Shown here one piece after another: positions 45,801 to 55,084 of a stretch of DNA of 64,000 nucleotides. A program made the position numbers and the translations under genes. Within the stretch, counting starts at the first letter, position 1; each line of letters begins with the position of its first letter. The notes beneath the pieces were generated by a model, which made no database searches, was not told the origin of the DNA, and saw nothing but the letters and a program-made list of their open reading frames with translations. The DNA is from a virus (lineage: Duplodnaviria; Caudoviricetes): the IMG/VR virus record IMGVR_UViG_3300046539_000030, positions 7,070 through 71,069 of that record. One strand, given 5' to 3'.

Positions 45801-46282
45801 TATGACCCCTCGGACGTCGAACCGGAAAGCACTTTGGCCTCCGCATCTCGCACGATTTGGTTAAACTCCAGTTTAGCTAGAGCTACGATCCCGAACGGTG
45901 CTTGCGGCGAATGGAGGCCGGTTTCCAAGATTCTCGCATAGGGTACGTTATTTGTAAAGTAGTATGTGTGCCCCACCGTCCATCGTCCCAATTTGGCTAA
46001 ACGGGCTAAGGAGCTGGATCCGCTTGCGTCTGAACCTGCAATGATGCCAGGAGGGCTGTAATCGATACCGACTTGCCAGTTGTTGATGAAGTGCCCAGGA
46101 ACATACCCTCTTGGCCAGCGTGGTGGATGCCAGGTGGTAGGATCGCCAACGGGCGAACGCATCACCAAGCGACGGCCGAACTCCAAAAGGATCTCCCGGC
46201 TAACCGCTTGGATCTTTGCTTTCTGCCTGGTAACGATGTCCGCCATTTGGCGTTCAACCCGAGCTGAAATTGAATTGCTCAT
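45800..46282 (-). CDS. HK97 gp10-like neck protein
   Basis: SPVG..G....NW..G..TNNVPYA..LE.G.S.QAP.G. Confidence 0.8.
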   Translation of the reverse strand: MSNSISARVERQMADIVTRQKAKIQAVSREILLEFGRRLVMRSPVGDPTTWHPPRWPRGYVPGHFINNWQVGIDYSPPGIIAGSDASGSSSLARLAKLGRWTVGHTYYFTNNVPYARILETGLHSPQAPFGIVALAKLEFNQIVRDAEAKVLSGSTSEGS

Positions 46283-46677
46283 GCTTGTAAGACCAACATA
46301 TAAAAGAGCGCGACACCGCCAGGTGCGGTCACTTGAACGTTCACAATGGAATAGTTCACCCCGTCCAGCAGTACGTGATCCATCAATGTTGGAGCAGCGC
46401 CACTAGCGTCAAGATAAAGCCACTTCTCCTTGTTGGCAATCTGAGAACCCTTTTGCAACGTCTGCCCGAAGTGTCTTGCAATCTGCGACCCCGGCTGATC
46501 TGCCGTCAAAGCGTTGCGAGTGGTATCCGTATAGGATACACCTCCGGATGCTGATCCGGTGGCCGGGTTGTAATCACCTGCGCCCTGAGAATACCGGCGC
46601 AAGGTAACTTCTTGCCCGTAGCTCTTCAGCATCCGAATAACGGTTGCATTCAGCCTCGTATAAAGCGCCGAGCTCAT
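46279..46677 (-). CDS. head-closure/head-tail joining protein
   Basis: YGQEVTLRR..YNPATG; position. Confidence 0.7.
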   Translation of the reverse strand: MSSALYTRLNATVIRMLKSYGQEVTLRRYSQGAGDYNPATGSASGGVSYTDTTRNALTADQPGSQIARHFGQTLQKGSQIANKEKWLYLDASGAAPTLMDHVLLDGVNYSIVNVQVTAPGGVALFYMLVLQA

Positions 46678-47183
46678 GTCCGCACCAGCTTCACGGTTGC
46701 TCCACCGCTAGAGCGAAGGTAGCTTGCCAGGATCAGGGTTACATATGGATAGCGAGCTTGCTGAGGCGATAGCGGATCATATTTAATCTTGATGGGCCCT
46801 ACTGCCTCTTCTAGAACCCCACGAGTCTGATCGTCCGACAATGGGCCTGAAGCGGCACGGAAAGCTAGCTCTGCGCATGCATTCCCAACGACGCGAGGAA
46901 TGTTGGTGTCTGAAACCAAGACAGGTATCCGGGCTTCGAGCCAGACATTGTAGCGGGGCCAGTCCAGGGCTTGCGTGCCAAGCTTCTTGTCACCCTTCCA
47001 ACGCTCGCCGTAAAAGCCGACCATGAATTCGGTGGCACGGCGCAAGCAATTTTCGCGCTCGGTTACGTTCATGGTTGACCAGAGAGTATTACCGCGTCTG
47101 TCGTGATAGGTGTCAGCATCAGTTACCGAGATGTAACTTTCTGCATTTGCCAGTCCAGTACCGTCTTCAACAATTAGTGTCAT
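46674..47183 (-). CDS. head-tail connector (adaptor)
   Basis: MTLIVEDGTGLANAESYISV, QALDWPR. Confidence 0.8.
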   Translation of the reverse strand: MTLIVEDGTGLANAESYISVTDADTYHDRRGNTLWSTMNVTERENCLRRATEFMVGFYGERWKGDKKLGTQALDWPRYNVWLEARIPVLVSDTNIPRVVGNACAELAFRAASGPLSDDQTRGVLEEAVGPIKIKYDPLSPQQARYPYVTLILASYLRSSGGATVKLVRT

Positions 47184-50100
47184 GATTGGCCTTCTAATGG
47201 ATAGGTTTGTGTTTGACCGCTCAATGGGTACGTCAATGAAGATCCTGCAAGTGGCTGACCTTGTGTCTCGCCCTCTAACGGATACCGCCGGATAATTGCA
47301 TCTGACGCGCCAAGGAACGCAAAGTCGTCTTCTTCCTCAATCCAGGCAATTACACCAATAGGAAGTGATTCAGCGAATACGTTAATTGTAGCAGTATCAG
47401 ATGCTTCCGTCCAGGCAATTGTTACGCTAGCCAAAAGCGAGGCGCTGAAGCCAACTGTGTCTGCAACTTCAGCCCATCCGGCAGTTGCGCTGACGCTTAA
47501 TGTGCCAAGCGCGGCGGTCACATCAGCTGCTTCAGTCCAGCTTGCAGCGCCTGTAACTGGATTGCCTGACAGTGCAGTGATTGAAGCAGTATCGTTCGCT
47601 TCTACAATGGCAGCGGTGAAGCGAACCGTCACTGTGCTCGCCAGCGTAGCTGTATCGCTTGCTTCAGTCCATGACGCGTTTGCTGCAATGCCGTTGTCAA
47701 CAGCGCCAATGATTGCAGCAGTGTCGTTTGCTTCAGTCCAGGCACCCGCCGCGTTGACTGTTACAGCGCCAGTTGCAGAAAGCGTATCGGTAGACTCTGT
47801 GCTTGTGACCACACCAGTCACAGTGACCGTGCTCGCGACGGCTGCAACGTCAGCAGCTTCAGTCCATGCAGCAGTTGACGTAACGCTTAACGCGCCTGCG
47901 AGTGTGGCTATGTCAGAAGCTTCAGTCCAAGCTGCGGTGCCGGTAACAGGATTGCCAGACAGACCTGCCATTGCAAGGGTGTCCGCAGCTTCAGTCCAGC
48001 TTACCGTGCTTGTTACAGACACGACGCTGGCGAGAGCTGCAATGTCGTTAGCCTCTGTCCACGCTATATTGCCAGCAACGCTGTTACCCACCGATCCACT
48101 CAGGCTTGCAGTGTCGTTTGCTTCAGTTGTAGCCGAGGTTGCAGTGACCGTCACTGTGCCAGCAACAGAAGCTGTATCGGTTGCCTCTGTAGTAGCAGAC
48201 GTACCGCTTACAGTCAGCGTGCCAGCGATGGTGGCCGTGTCATTGGCTTCGGTGGTGGCGCTGGAAGCCGTAACAGTCAGTGTACCGGCGATAGACGCAG
48301 TGTCAGAAACCTCGGTCGTTGCAGAAGTGCCGCTAACAGTTACGGTAGATGCAACCGTCGCAGTATCGTTCGCTTCAGTTGTTGCAGACGTAGCGGTGAC
48401 CGTCAATGTGCCTGCGAGCGAAGCAGTGTCAGTAGCTTCTGTCCATGCAAGCGTTCCCGTAAGAGCCGCAGCAACCGAACCTGCTAGAGATGCAGTATCG
48501 GCAGCTTCTGTAGTTGAGCTTGTTCCACTGACCGTTAATGTACCGGCAACGCTTGCTGTATCAGATGCCTCAGTTGTTGCAGATGTACTGCTAACCGTCA
48601 AGGTGACCGCAAGAGATGCTGTATCGCTCGCTTCGGTGTAAGCTACCGGGCCAGCAGTCCGAAGGTCGACCGTGGCAGAGACCGTTGTTGCGCCTCCTGC
48701 AACAGTGGCAAAAGTCTCACCGTTGACCGCCAAGCCCTGCCATGCGCGCGAAGCAGGCATGGCATGTTGTGACCAAGTAGCGCCGTTAGTAGAACTTGCC
48801 GCGTCAGCAGATCCGCGAGATACGGTGAAGAACCTCTGACCGTTATACGCCGCATAGCGCCATGAACCAGTCGCAGGCAAAGTTGCGGTATTCCACGTGA
48901 CGCCGTTGTCAGTAGAATAGGCGGCGGCGTTGCTCGATTCCGTTGTCGCGACAAATCCTGAGCCGCCGCCAGCAACCCCGCGCCAGTCGGCAGTGGTAGG
49001 CAGAGTGCGAGCAGTCCAGCTAATACCGTCATCAGATGTTGAAGCATGTGTTGAATCGCCCAGCGAACCGCCCGGAGCGTAAGCTGCGACCGCACAAAAC
49101 CGAGTTCCGTTGGCAGTGATGCCGAGCCAACCTGCGGCGCTCGACATCGTCTTTGCACTCCAGGTGACACCAAGGTCATTCGAATACGCGACGGTACTTG
49201 TGCCGGTGTATGCCACCAAGCAAAAGACACTTCCGTTATACGCGCCACTGCACCATCCGTGAGCAGCAGGCAGGGTGCGTGATGTCCAGCTAGTACCGTT
49301 AGTCGATGTGTAAGCAGTTGCCGAGCCATCTGCGGCAAGCACGAACGTTCCGCCGCCTGCAACCAGCGCAGTCCAATTGCCAGAAGCAGGCAGGGTGCCG
49401 GAAGACCAAGTTTGTCCGCGGTTGGTAGATGTTGCATAAGTTGCCGACCCGTAGGCAACCGCGACCATGATTGAACCATTGTCAGCAACAAGGTTCCAAT
49501 CTTGTGAAGCTGGCAGCGTGCGCTCAACCGCAATTATTGGAACGGTGCCCGTCGTAACGGTTCCCGCCACTGCGCAAGTGTCATCAATTTCGGTCGTAGC
49601 ACTTGAACCGCTTACAGTTACCGTACTAGCAACGGCGGCAGTATCGTCAGCCTCGATCCAAGCCGAGCGACCTGTTATTCCAAACGGTACAACTTCGGCC
49701 AACTCAATGAATGACGCTGCGCTACTAGCTGCGGCGTTCTCAGTCGTTGACGTGGTAGTGCCGTCGTAGAAGAACGTACAGGTACGAGAGGTTGCCGCCG
49801 TTTGACTAGCTTGACGTGACCACACCTCACAGACGATAACGTCGCCGGCCAGCGCGGAAACGCCAGACGATGTGATGCCGGTGATGTAAGTGATTTGTTC
49901 GGTTGTACTGGTCGGTTCAGTGCCGCCAAGCGACGCGCCTGTGCTATCGCGAATAGTGCCAACCTTAGCACCTGTTGAAGGACGCCAAACATAAATGTTG
50001 ACAGAGTTGACCCAAAAGTCGGCTGAGGCGTTGCTCTCTGATTCAGCAGCCAGCAGAATCATACTGCCGCCGCCGACAGTCTTTGCGAGGGCCAAAGGCC

Positions 50101-51400
50101 GCGACACAAACATGCCCAGCAAACCATTTTGAGCAGACGTGCTTGCAAGCGATGCGCCAACGAGCGAAGCCTGGGACGCGCCTATGGTCGTGTCCATTGA
50201 CCGTAGGGTTGTTCCTCCGGTGGCCGTCCAGCTAGGCGTCGCAGTTGCTTGTTCACCAGACGGCAACGTGCCTGTGACGGTATTTGCTGCGGCGTGGAAG
50301 TATAGTCGAGTTGACGTTGGAACCGCTGCGTTTATCACGCAGGTGTCATTTGCCTCAGTAGTTGCACTTGAAGCTGTGACAGAAACTGTTGCAGCCACGG
50401 AGGCAGTATCGTTTGCTTCGGTCCAGCTTGCCGCAGCAGTCACACCGGAAGAGGCAAACTCCCACGCGCCGATATCTATCGTGCTGCGCGAGGTGCCAAT
50501 AATATCCGTGGTCAGACCTGAATACGCTACACCAGCGTTAATCAAGTCTGAACCGGACTTTAGACGGAAGTCTTCTAGGTTGCTACCAGTCGATGTGTTC
50601 TCAAACTGGTTGGCGTAAGTCAGACTCGTCAGGTTGCCTGTGCTGCCGGGAATCTTGCCTGAAGTGCTGTCGGTTGCGTTATGGCCGTCCGTATCGTAGG
50701 AGCCAGTGACATCTACAGTAAATCCAAACACTGCACAATTGCGAACAACTGACGATCCGTAAGAAGTCGCTGACACCTTGCCGCCAGCAGTGAAGTTACT
50801 TGGCCTGACAACTGTACAGTTCACAGCCGCAGCACCGAACGCCAAGAAGAGTGCGGTATGCTGGTTATTTGACGGAATTATAACTAAAGAGTTCTGGAGA
50901 ATAGAACTCGGCCCCATTAGCTTACATCCGCTAGCGTTAAAATTGCTGTCGACAGATATTGACGACAAAATGCAATTCTTTACGGTAACGGTCGAGACGT
51001 TGAAACCAATTTGCAACGCTCCAGTTCCCGGCCCGGATGCCTTGCATTGTAGACCATCCACAACGGTATAAGGCGTCTGGATGTCAATGTTATCCGCACC
51101 ATATCCTGCGGTTGTCAGAATTGAAACGCCGTTGGAGCCATTAAAGGCTAGACGGTTTGTCGCCTTGCTACTGTGGTCATAGAATGACTGCCCTGCTGCG
51201 CATTTCAGGGTGATGAAATTGGTCGAGTCAGTAGTCTGACCCGAAATTTGAATAGCGGCAGTGAACTGGCTATCGTTATAACACTCGCCGACTTGCGCAT
51301 TGCCATCAGTAACCATGTTGGCCGGCAACGCGTCTTCCCACGATTGCATCGTGGAGTAATCGCGACTGCTAGTACCAATGCTTTTGGTAATCGTGCCCAT
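47180..51400 (-). CDS. large repeat-containing virion fibre/decoration protein
   Basis: 1406 aa; beta-helix-like N-terminus ending DFRLKSGS..DIGAWE; propeller-like repeats; >20 ~19 aa TEAxDTA repeats. Confidence 0.65.
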   Translation of the reverse strand: MGTITKSIGTSSRDYSTMQSWEDALPANMVTDGNAQVGECYNDSQFTAAIQISGQTTDSTNFITLKCAAGQSFYDHSSKATNRLAFNGSNGVSILTTAGYGADNIDIQTPYTVVDGLQCKASGPGTGALQIGFNVSTVTVKNCILSSISVDSNFNASGCKLMGPSSILQNSLVIIPSNNQHTALFLAFGAAAVNCTVVRPSNFTAGGKVSATSYGSSVVRNCAVFGFTVDVTGSYDTDGHNATDSTSGKIPGSTGNLTSLTYANQFENTSTGSNLEDFRLKSGSDLINAGVAYSGLTTDIIGTSRSTIDIGAWEFASSGVTAAASWTEANDTASVAATVSVTASSATTEANDTCVINAAVPTSTRLYFHAAANTVTGTLPSGEQATATPSWTATGGTTLRSMDTTIGASQASLVGASLASTSAQNGLLGMFVSRPLALAKTVGGGSMILLAAESESNASADFWVNSVNIYVWRPSTGAKVGTIRDSTGASLGGTEPTSTTEQITYITGITSSGVSALAGDVIVCEVWSRQASQTAATSRTCTFFYDGTTTSTTENAAASSAASFIELAEVVPFGITGRSAWIEADDTAAVASTVTVSGSSATTEIDDTCAVAGTVTTGTVPIIAVERTLPASQDWNLVADNGSIMVAVAYGSATYATSTNRGQTWSSGTLPASGNWTALVAGGGTFVLAADGSATAYTSTNGTSWTSRTLPAAHGWCSGAYNGSVFCLVAYTGTSTVAYSNDLGVTWSAKTMSSAAGWLGITANGTRFCAVAAYAPGGSLGDSTHASTSDDGISWTARTLPTTADWRGVAGGGSGFVATTESSNAAAYSTDNGVTWNTATLPATGSWRYAAYNGQRFFTVSRGSADAASSTNGATWSQHAMPASRAWQGLAVNGETFATVAGGATTVSATVDLRTAGPVAYTEASDTASLAVTLTVSSTSATTEASDTASVAGTLTVSGTSSTTEAADTASLAGSVAAALTGTLAWTEATDTASLAGTLTVTATSATTEANDTATVASTVTVSGTSATTEVSDTASIAGTLTVTASSATTEANDTATIAGTLTVSGTSATTEATDTASVAGTVTVTATSATTEANDTASLSGSVGNSVAGNIAWTEANDIAALASVVSVTSTVSWTEAADTLAMAGLSGNPVTGTAAWTEASDIATLAGALSVTSTAAWTEAADVAAVASTVTVTGVVTSTESTDTLSATGAVTVNAAGAWTEANDTAAIIGAVDNGIAANASWTEASDTATLASTVTVRFTAAIVEANDTASITALSGNPVTGAASWTEAADVTAALGTLSVSATAGWAEVADTVGFSASLLASVTIAWTEASDTATINVFAESLPIGVIAWIEEEDDFAFLGASDAIIRRYPLEGETQGQPLAGSSLTYPLSGQTQTYPLEGQS

Positions 51401-51401
51401 A

Positions 51402-51821
51402 TCAACCGATCACATTAGGGTCAGTGCGATGTACGTGCTTTGTCTTAAGATCCGCAATTGTAATGTTTGCGGGAATCGAAAAGAACCATTGCGCACGAGT
51501 GTTGTCGTTTATGAAGTTCTTTAATGCTTGTGGCAGACCGGCTTTATCAAGATTCAAATAAAACCCACGACGCTGCAACATTGGGTCAGGGATAGTGGTT
51601 TCGACTTCTGGCAATTCTGGTGTCAACAATGTTGACGCGTTCACAACTGTTTCACTCGGCCATTTGACTATGCGCCAATCGGGGTTAGTCTTTTCTTCAA
51701 TCGACCAGCCCCAACCGTCAGGCACAACCATAATCACGTCGCCGCGTTTAGTCAGCTTGACGTCTTTATAAACGTCGTCAGGGTTTAGCTTGCTGACGAC
51801 TCGCACCAGCAATTCGGCCAT
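51402..51821 (-). CDS. hypothetical protein
   Basis: 139 aa ORF in the head block. Confidence 0.65.
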   Translation of the reverse strand: MAELLVRVVSKLNPDDVYKDVKLTKRGDVIMVVPDGWGWSIEEKTNPDWRIVKWPSETVVNASTLLTPELPEVETTIPDPMLQRRGFYLNLDKAGLPQALKNFINDNTRAQWFFSIPANITIADLKTKHVHRTDPNVIG

Positions 51822-52327
51822 TATTGATAAGCCCCGTAATATCCATTCTGTTCAAGGACAACCGTCCCGGTATTGGGGTCACGATGTGCGTACACACAAT
51901 CGAACATTGAATAAGGCGAGAGCGCCACTAATTCATGCAGGTACTCAGCCTTGATTAAACGATGCCAGCCCTTTGGAGCGAAAAAGATTTCAGTTCCGCC
52001 TTCAGGCACATCTTCACCAGCTTTGATGAACTTTACTGCAAATGTCTTGCGCCCGGTTTCTGGGTCAACAAGGTCATCGAAGCGAATAGGACGCAGGATG
52101 GTTTGCGGTTCGTATTTTTCCAGCAGCGAACGAACATGCAGATATTCTGGTGAACAGAACTGTTCAATATATTCAAGCCCTGTATCAGGAGCAATTACGC
52201 GCAAAAGAATCCAACCCTTGCGTGCAAAAGTCGCGTGCGGAAAGTTGTGAGTGTGACCCACAACTCCCACTCCAGGTTCAGCAATATCGTTCGGCCGAAC
52301 AAAAATGTCACCGCAAACCCATTCCAT
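51821..52327 (-). CDS. cupin-fold protein
   Basis: GHTHNFPHATF and distal HELVAL. Confidence 0.55.
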   Translation of the reverse strand: MEWVCGDIFVRPNDIAEPGVGVVGHTHNFPHATFARKGWILLRVIAPDTGLEYIEQFCSPEYLHVRSLLEKYEPQTILRPIRFDDLVDPETGRKTFAVKFIKAGEDVPEGGTEIFFAPKGWHRLIKAEYLHELVALSPYSMFDCVYAHRDPNTGTVVLEQNGYYGAYQ

Positions 52328-52329
52328 GA

Positions 52330-52722
52330 TTAGGCATTCCCGCGAGCGATGGTAAAGGAAGTGATCGACACAGCCACGCCAGAGCTGATGGTTGCAGTGT
52401 TCAAAATCAGGTCAGTACCGGAAGTACCAGCTGAGCCGTCCAACACATGAGTTGTGCCGTCAGACTTGACGATACGGAACCATGTAGCCGTCCCTGCCGC
52501 CGCGCCCGTAGTGGCAGATGGGTTGGTAACAGTCAGCGAGCCTGCGGAAGCGCCAGAACCAAGCGGCGAGCCCAAAGTGAATTCGGCCAGCAGAGTGGTT
52601 GCAGTGCCGCCAGTCGCAGGACGGGTGCCGTCGTAAATGCGGAGCTTTGCGCCGTTACCCGCAAAGGTTGTAATTGCATCGAGTTGCGCGTTGCGCAAAG
52701 AAGCAGCGTATCCAGTCGTCAT
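52330..52722 (-). CDS. virion structural protein (head decoration/fibre base)
   Basis: RNAQLDAIT..LRIYDGTRPA..GTATWFRI..DG.AG. Confidence 0.65.
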   Translation of the reverse strand: MTTGYAASLRNAQLDAITTFAGNGAKLRIYDGTRPATGGTATTLLAEFTLGSPLGSGASAGSLTVTNPSATTGAAAGTATWFRIVKSDGTTHVLDGSAGTSGTDLILNTATISSGVAVSITSFTIARGNA

Positions 52723-52748
52723 GATCTATCCTTTGCGCAGTGCGCGAA

Positions 52749-52943
52749 TTATTTCGGTTGAATCCAAGGCTTGTCAGCGGCAGCCGTTTCGACGACTTGA
52801 GCTGGAGCTTCGGGGGCTTTTGTTTCGTGAAGCTCGTGAACCGCTGGGTCGAAGTCCGACTCGTTAATGATGACCACACCATCAGGGTTCTCGTCGGTAA
52901 CTTCAGCTTTGATCTTAACTGTATTGCATGTGCCGTGGGACAT
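52749..52943 (-). CDS. small capsid-adjacent protein
   Basis: TVKIK..GVVIINESDFDP..HEL; GGAG RBS. Confidence 0.6.
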   Translation of the reverse strand: MSHGTCNTVKIKAEVTDENPDGVVIINESDFDPAVHELHETKAPEAPAQVVETAAADKPWIQPK

Positions 52944-52966
52944 TGTTATAACTCCAAAAGATGTAG

Positions 52967-52994
52967 AAAAGCCGCCCAGTTTTCACTGAGCGGC
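52967..52994 (-). terminator. rho-independent terminator after the capsid gene
   Basis: GCCGCCCAGT/ACTGAGCGGC stem plus U-tract on the minus strand. Confidence 0.65.
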
Positions 52995-53009
52995 CATACT
53001 TCAGACTGA

Positions 53010-54155
53010 TTAGCCCAGCAGGATTGCGCTGTGAGCCGGCTTGATACCCTTCACGCCCCATGCAGCGGAAATCTCGTACTGCATTTGGCGATATTGGGCG
53101 TACATGGCAACTTCGAAGCTGATGCCCGAACGTGGGTCGGTAATCATCACGCGATCGACAGCCAAGTCACCGCCGTCTGGCAGAGCTGGTGCGCGGGTTG
53201 CCAGGATCAACGAAGACTTGGTGAAGCCGACGTTGGTGGTGGCAGTTGCGCCCACGGTCACAGCAGTAGCCGAAGTGGCGATTGCAACTTTCAGGCCAGG
53301 AGCAGCAATCTCCAGAGCACCTGCGGCAGCGATGCCGGTCACGACGACATACTTGTTGGTATCGCCGGCGAAGGTGACGGTGTCACCGGCCAGGATAGTG
53401 CCAGTACCAGTGATCAGGGTGATCGAGGTAGCGCCGACAGCGTAACCAGCGGTATTCGTAGTGTACGATGCGCCGGTGCCTTTGGTGGCATTGCGAACAC
53501 CAGCCGATTCATGGATCGAGAAGCCGTGCAGGTTCAGCAGCTCACCGTCACGCAGGGTCATGGTGGTTGCAGCTTCGTTTGCCTTGGTCAGTTGAGCCAG
53601 GGTGCGCAGGGAAGCGCCCGCCGTGGTGTCGATGATCAGGGCGCGGTCGGTTGCAGGAGCACCGTTGTCGTCCAGGATCTTACGCAGTTGCGCAGTAGCC
53701 GACAGGTCAGACGCGAATGGTGTGGTTGCGGCGGTGCCGTAAGCGCGCGAAGAAGCCACGACAGCAGCGCGAACCAGATCAACTTCCATTTCGTTGACCA
53801 GAGTACGCATAGCCTGGATCATCTGGTCGTTGCGGATTGCAGCGAAGCCAGCGCCATTGCGGTTCAGGCCGAGGGTTTGTTCGCCGTTCCAGCGGAAAGG
53901 CACCCGGCGGGACTTGGTGATGGTCAGCGAAGTGCTGCCGATCGTTTGGTCGCCGTCATCCGGAGGAGTTACGCCCGGGGTGATGTCGGTTGCAACTGCG
54001 GCAGGCGACATGAACGAATAAACAACTTGGTTGACCGCAGCGCGGGACACATCGGCGTCCAGAGTTGCAGCAGGGATCGCGCCGACCAGCTCACGGGATA
54101 CAACATCCAGAGAGGCGTAGAGCGATGGGATCAGATTGGTGATGGTATTTGCCAC
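53010..54155 (-). CDS. major capsid protein
   Basis: GTG start at 54155 with AGGAG RBS (ANTITNLIP..); between scaffold and head genes. Confidence 0.85.
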   Translation of the reverse strand: MANTITNLIPSLYASLDVVSRELVGAIPAATLDADVSRAAVNQVVYSFMSPAAVATDITPGVTPPDDGDQTIGSTSLTITKSRRVPFRWNGEQTLGLNRNGAGFAAIRNDQMIQAMRTLVNEMEVDLVRAAVVASSRAYGTAATTPFASDLSATAQLRKILDDNGAPATDRALIIDTTAGASLRTLAQLTKANEAATTMTLRDGELLNLHGFSIHESAGVRNATKGTGASYTTNTAGYAVGATSITLITGTGTILAGDTVTFAGDTNKYVVVTGIAAAGALEIAAPGLKVAIATSATAVTVGATATTNVGFTKSSLILATRAPALPDGGDLAVDRVMITDPRSGISFEVAMYAQYRQMQYEISAAWGVKGIKPAHSAILLG

Positions 54156-54171
54156 GGTGAGGCTCCTATTT

Positions 54172-54951
54172 TTAATCCACGATTGTGATGCCGCTCCGCG
54201 CCTTTTCAGCCTGTTCGTAAGGCTGTAAACGGTCGAAGTCAGCGCGTTTAATTTGCTTCCCAGCTCCACCCGCCTCACGAGCGTTGCCACCACCACTGCC
54301 CGAGGTATTCATCGGGAACCAATGAGGTTTCAGTTCTTTCTGTAGCTCAATCCATTCTGCCGGGCTGAACGGTGTAGTGCCGTCTTTGCCCAGCACCGGA
54401 CGTCCCTCAGAGTCCAGTTGTACCGCATTGCCAGCAGCATCCAGAGTGAACAGGTTGCGAGCATGTAAAAGGGCGTCCTCAACGGCACCTTTATGCAGGC
54501 TACCAGCAGCCCGGAGGATGTGGCTATCCAAAACACTCTGACGATAAGTGTCAGCGCGCTTTCCTTCAGCTGCAATCTGGTCCTGGAGGGCCTTCTTGTC
54601 CAGCTCATGTTGAGCACGCATGCGCTCAGTGTATTTTTCGATTACAACGTTCTTTTTGCCCTCGGCGAGGAGTTTTGCGTCCTCGTCTTGGTCAAGGCGA
54701 TCTTTCAATGCCTTTAGTGCTTCAGGGTCCAAACCATCGAAACTGCGAGCCCGTTCTGCCAAGGTTTTGTTCTTACCTAGCAGTTCTTCGTTCTTCGCCT
54801 TCAAACCTGCGGTTTCAGCTGCAACGGCAGCAGCAACGGCAGCGTCGATCTTTGCTTGCAGAGCGGCGGCTGCGGCGGCTTCGTCCTCACCCTCACGTGC
54901 GGTTAAGACGGTTGCATGGCAGAGCAGGCTATAAAGATGTTTCTTGATCAT
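54172..54951 (-). CDS. capsid scaffolding protein
   Basis: Coiled coil, GLKAKNEELL, PHWFP..SGSGG C-terminus. Confidence 0.8.
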   Translation of the reverse strand: MIKKHLYSLLCHATVLTAREGEDEAAAAAALQAKIDAAVAAAVAAETAGLKAKNEELLGKNKTLAERARSFDGLDPEALKALKDRLDQDEDAKLLAEGKKNVVIEKYTERMRAQHELDKKALQDQIAAEGKRADTYRQSVLDSHILRAAGSLHKGAVEDALLHARNLFTLDAAGNAVQLDSEGRPVLGKDGTTPFSPAEWIELQKELKPHWFPMNTSGSGGGNAREAGGAGKQIKRADFDRLQPYEQAEKARSGITIVD

Positions 54952-55031
54952 GGGTTCCCCTCGGGAAGTTAAGTTATGCGACCTAGTCGCGCTATGAAAG
55001 GCCTGACTTAATCAGGCCTTGATTCCGTACA

Positions 55032-55060
55032 ATTATAATGTGTCCATTTGTAGATTGCAA
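55032..55060 (-). promoter_or_regulatory. sigma70-like promoter TTGCAA-N17-TATAAT for the scaffold/capsid genes
   Basis: Minus-strand -35 at 55060-55055, -10 at 55037-55032; hairpin 54998-55020 downstream. Confidence 0.65.
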
Positions 55061-55084
55061 CGATTATTTAAGAATATTTACGCA

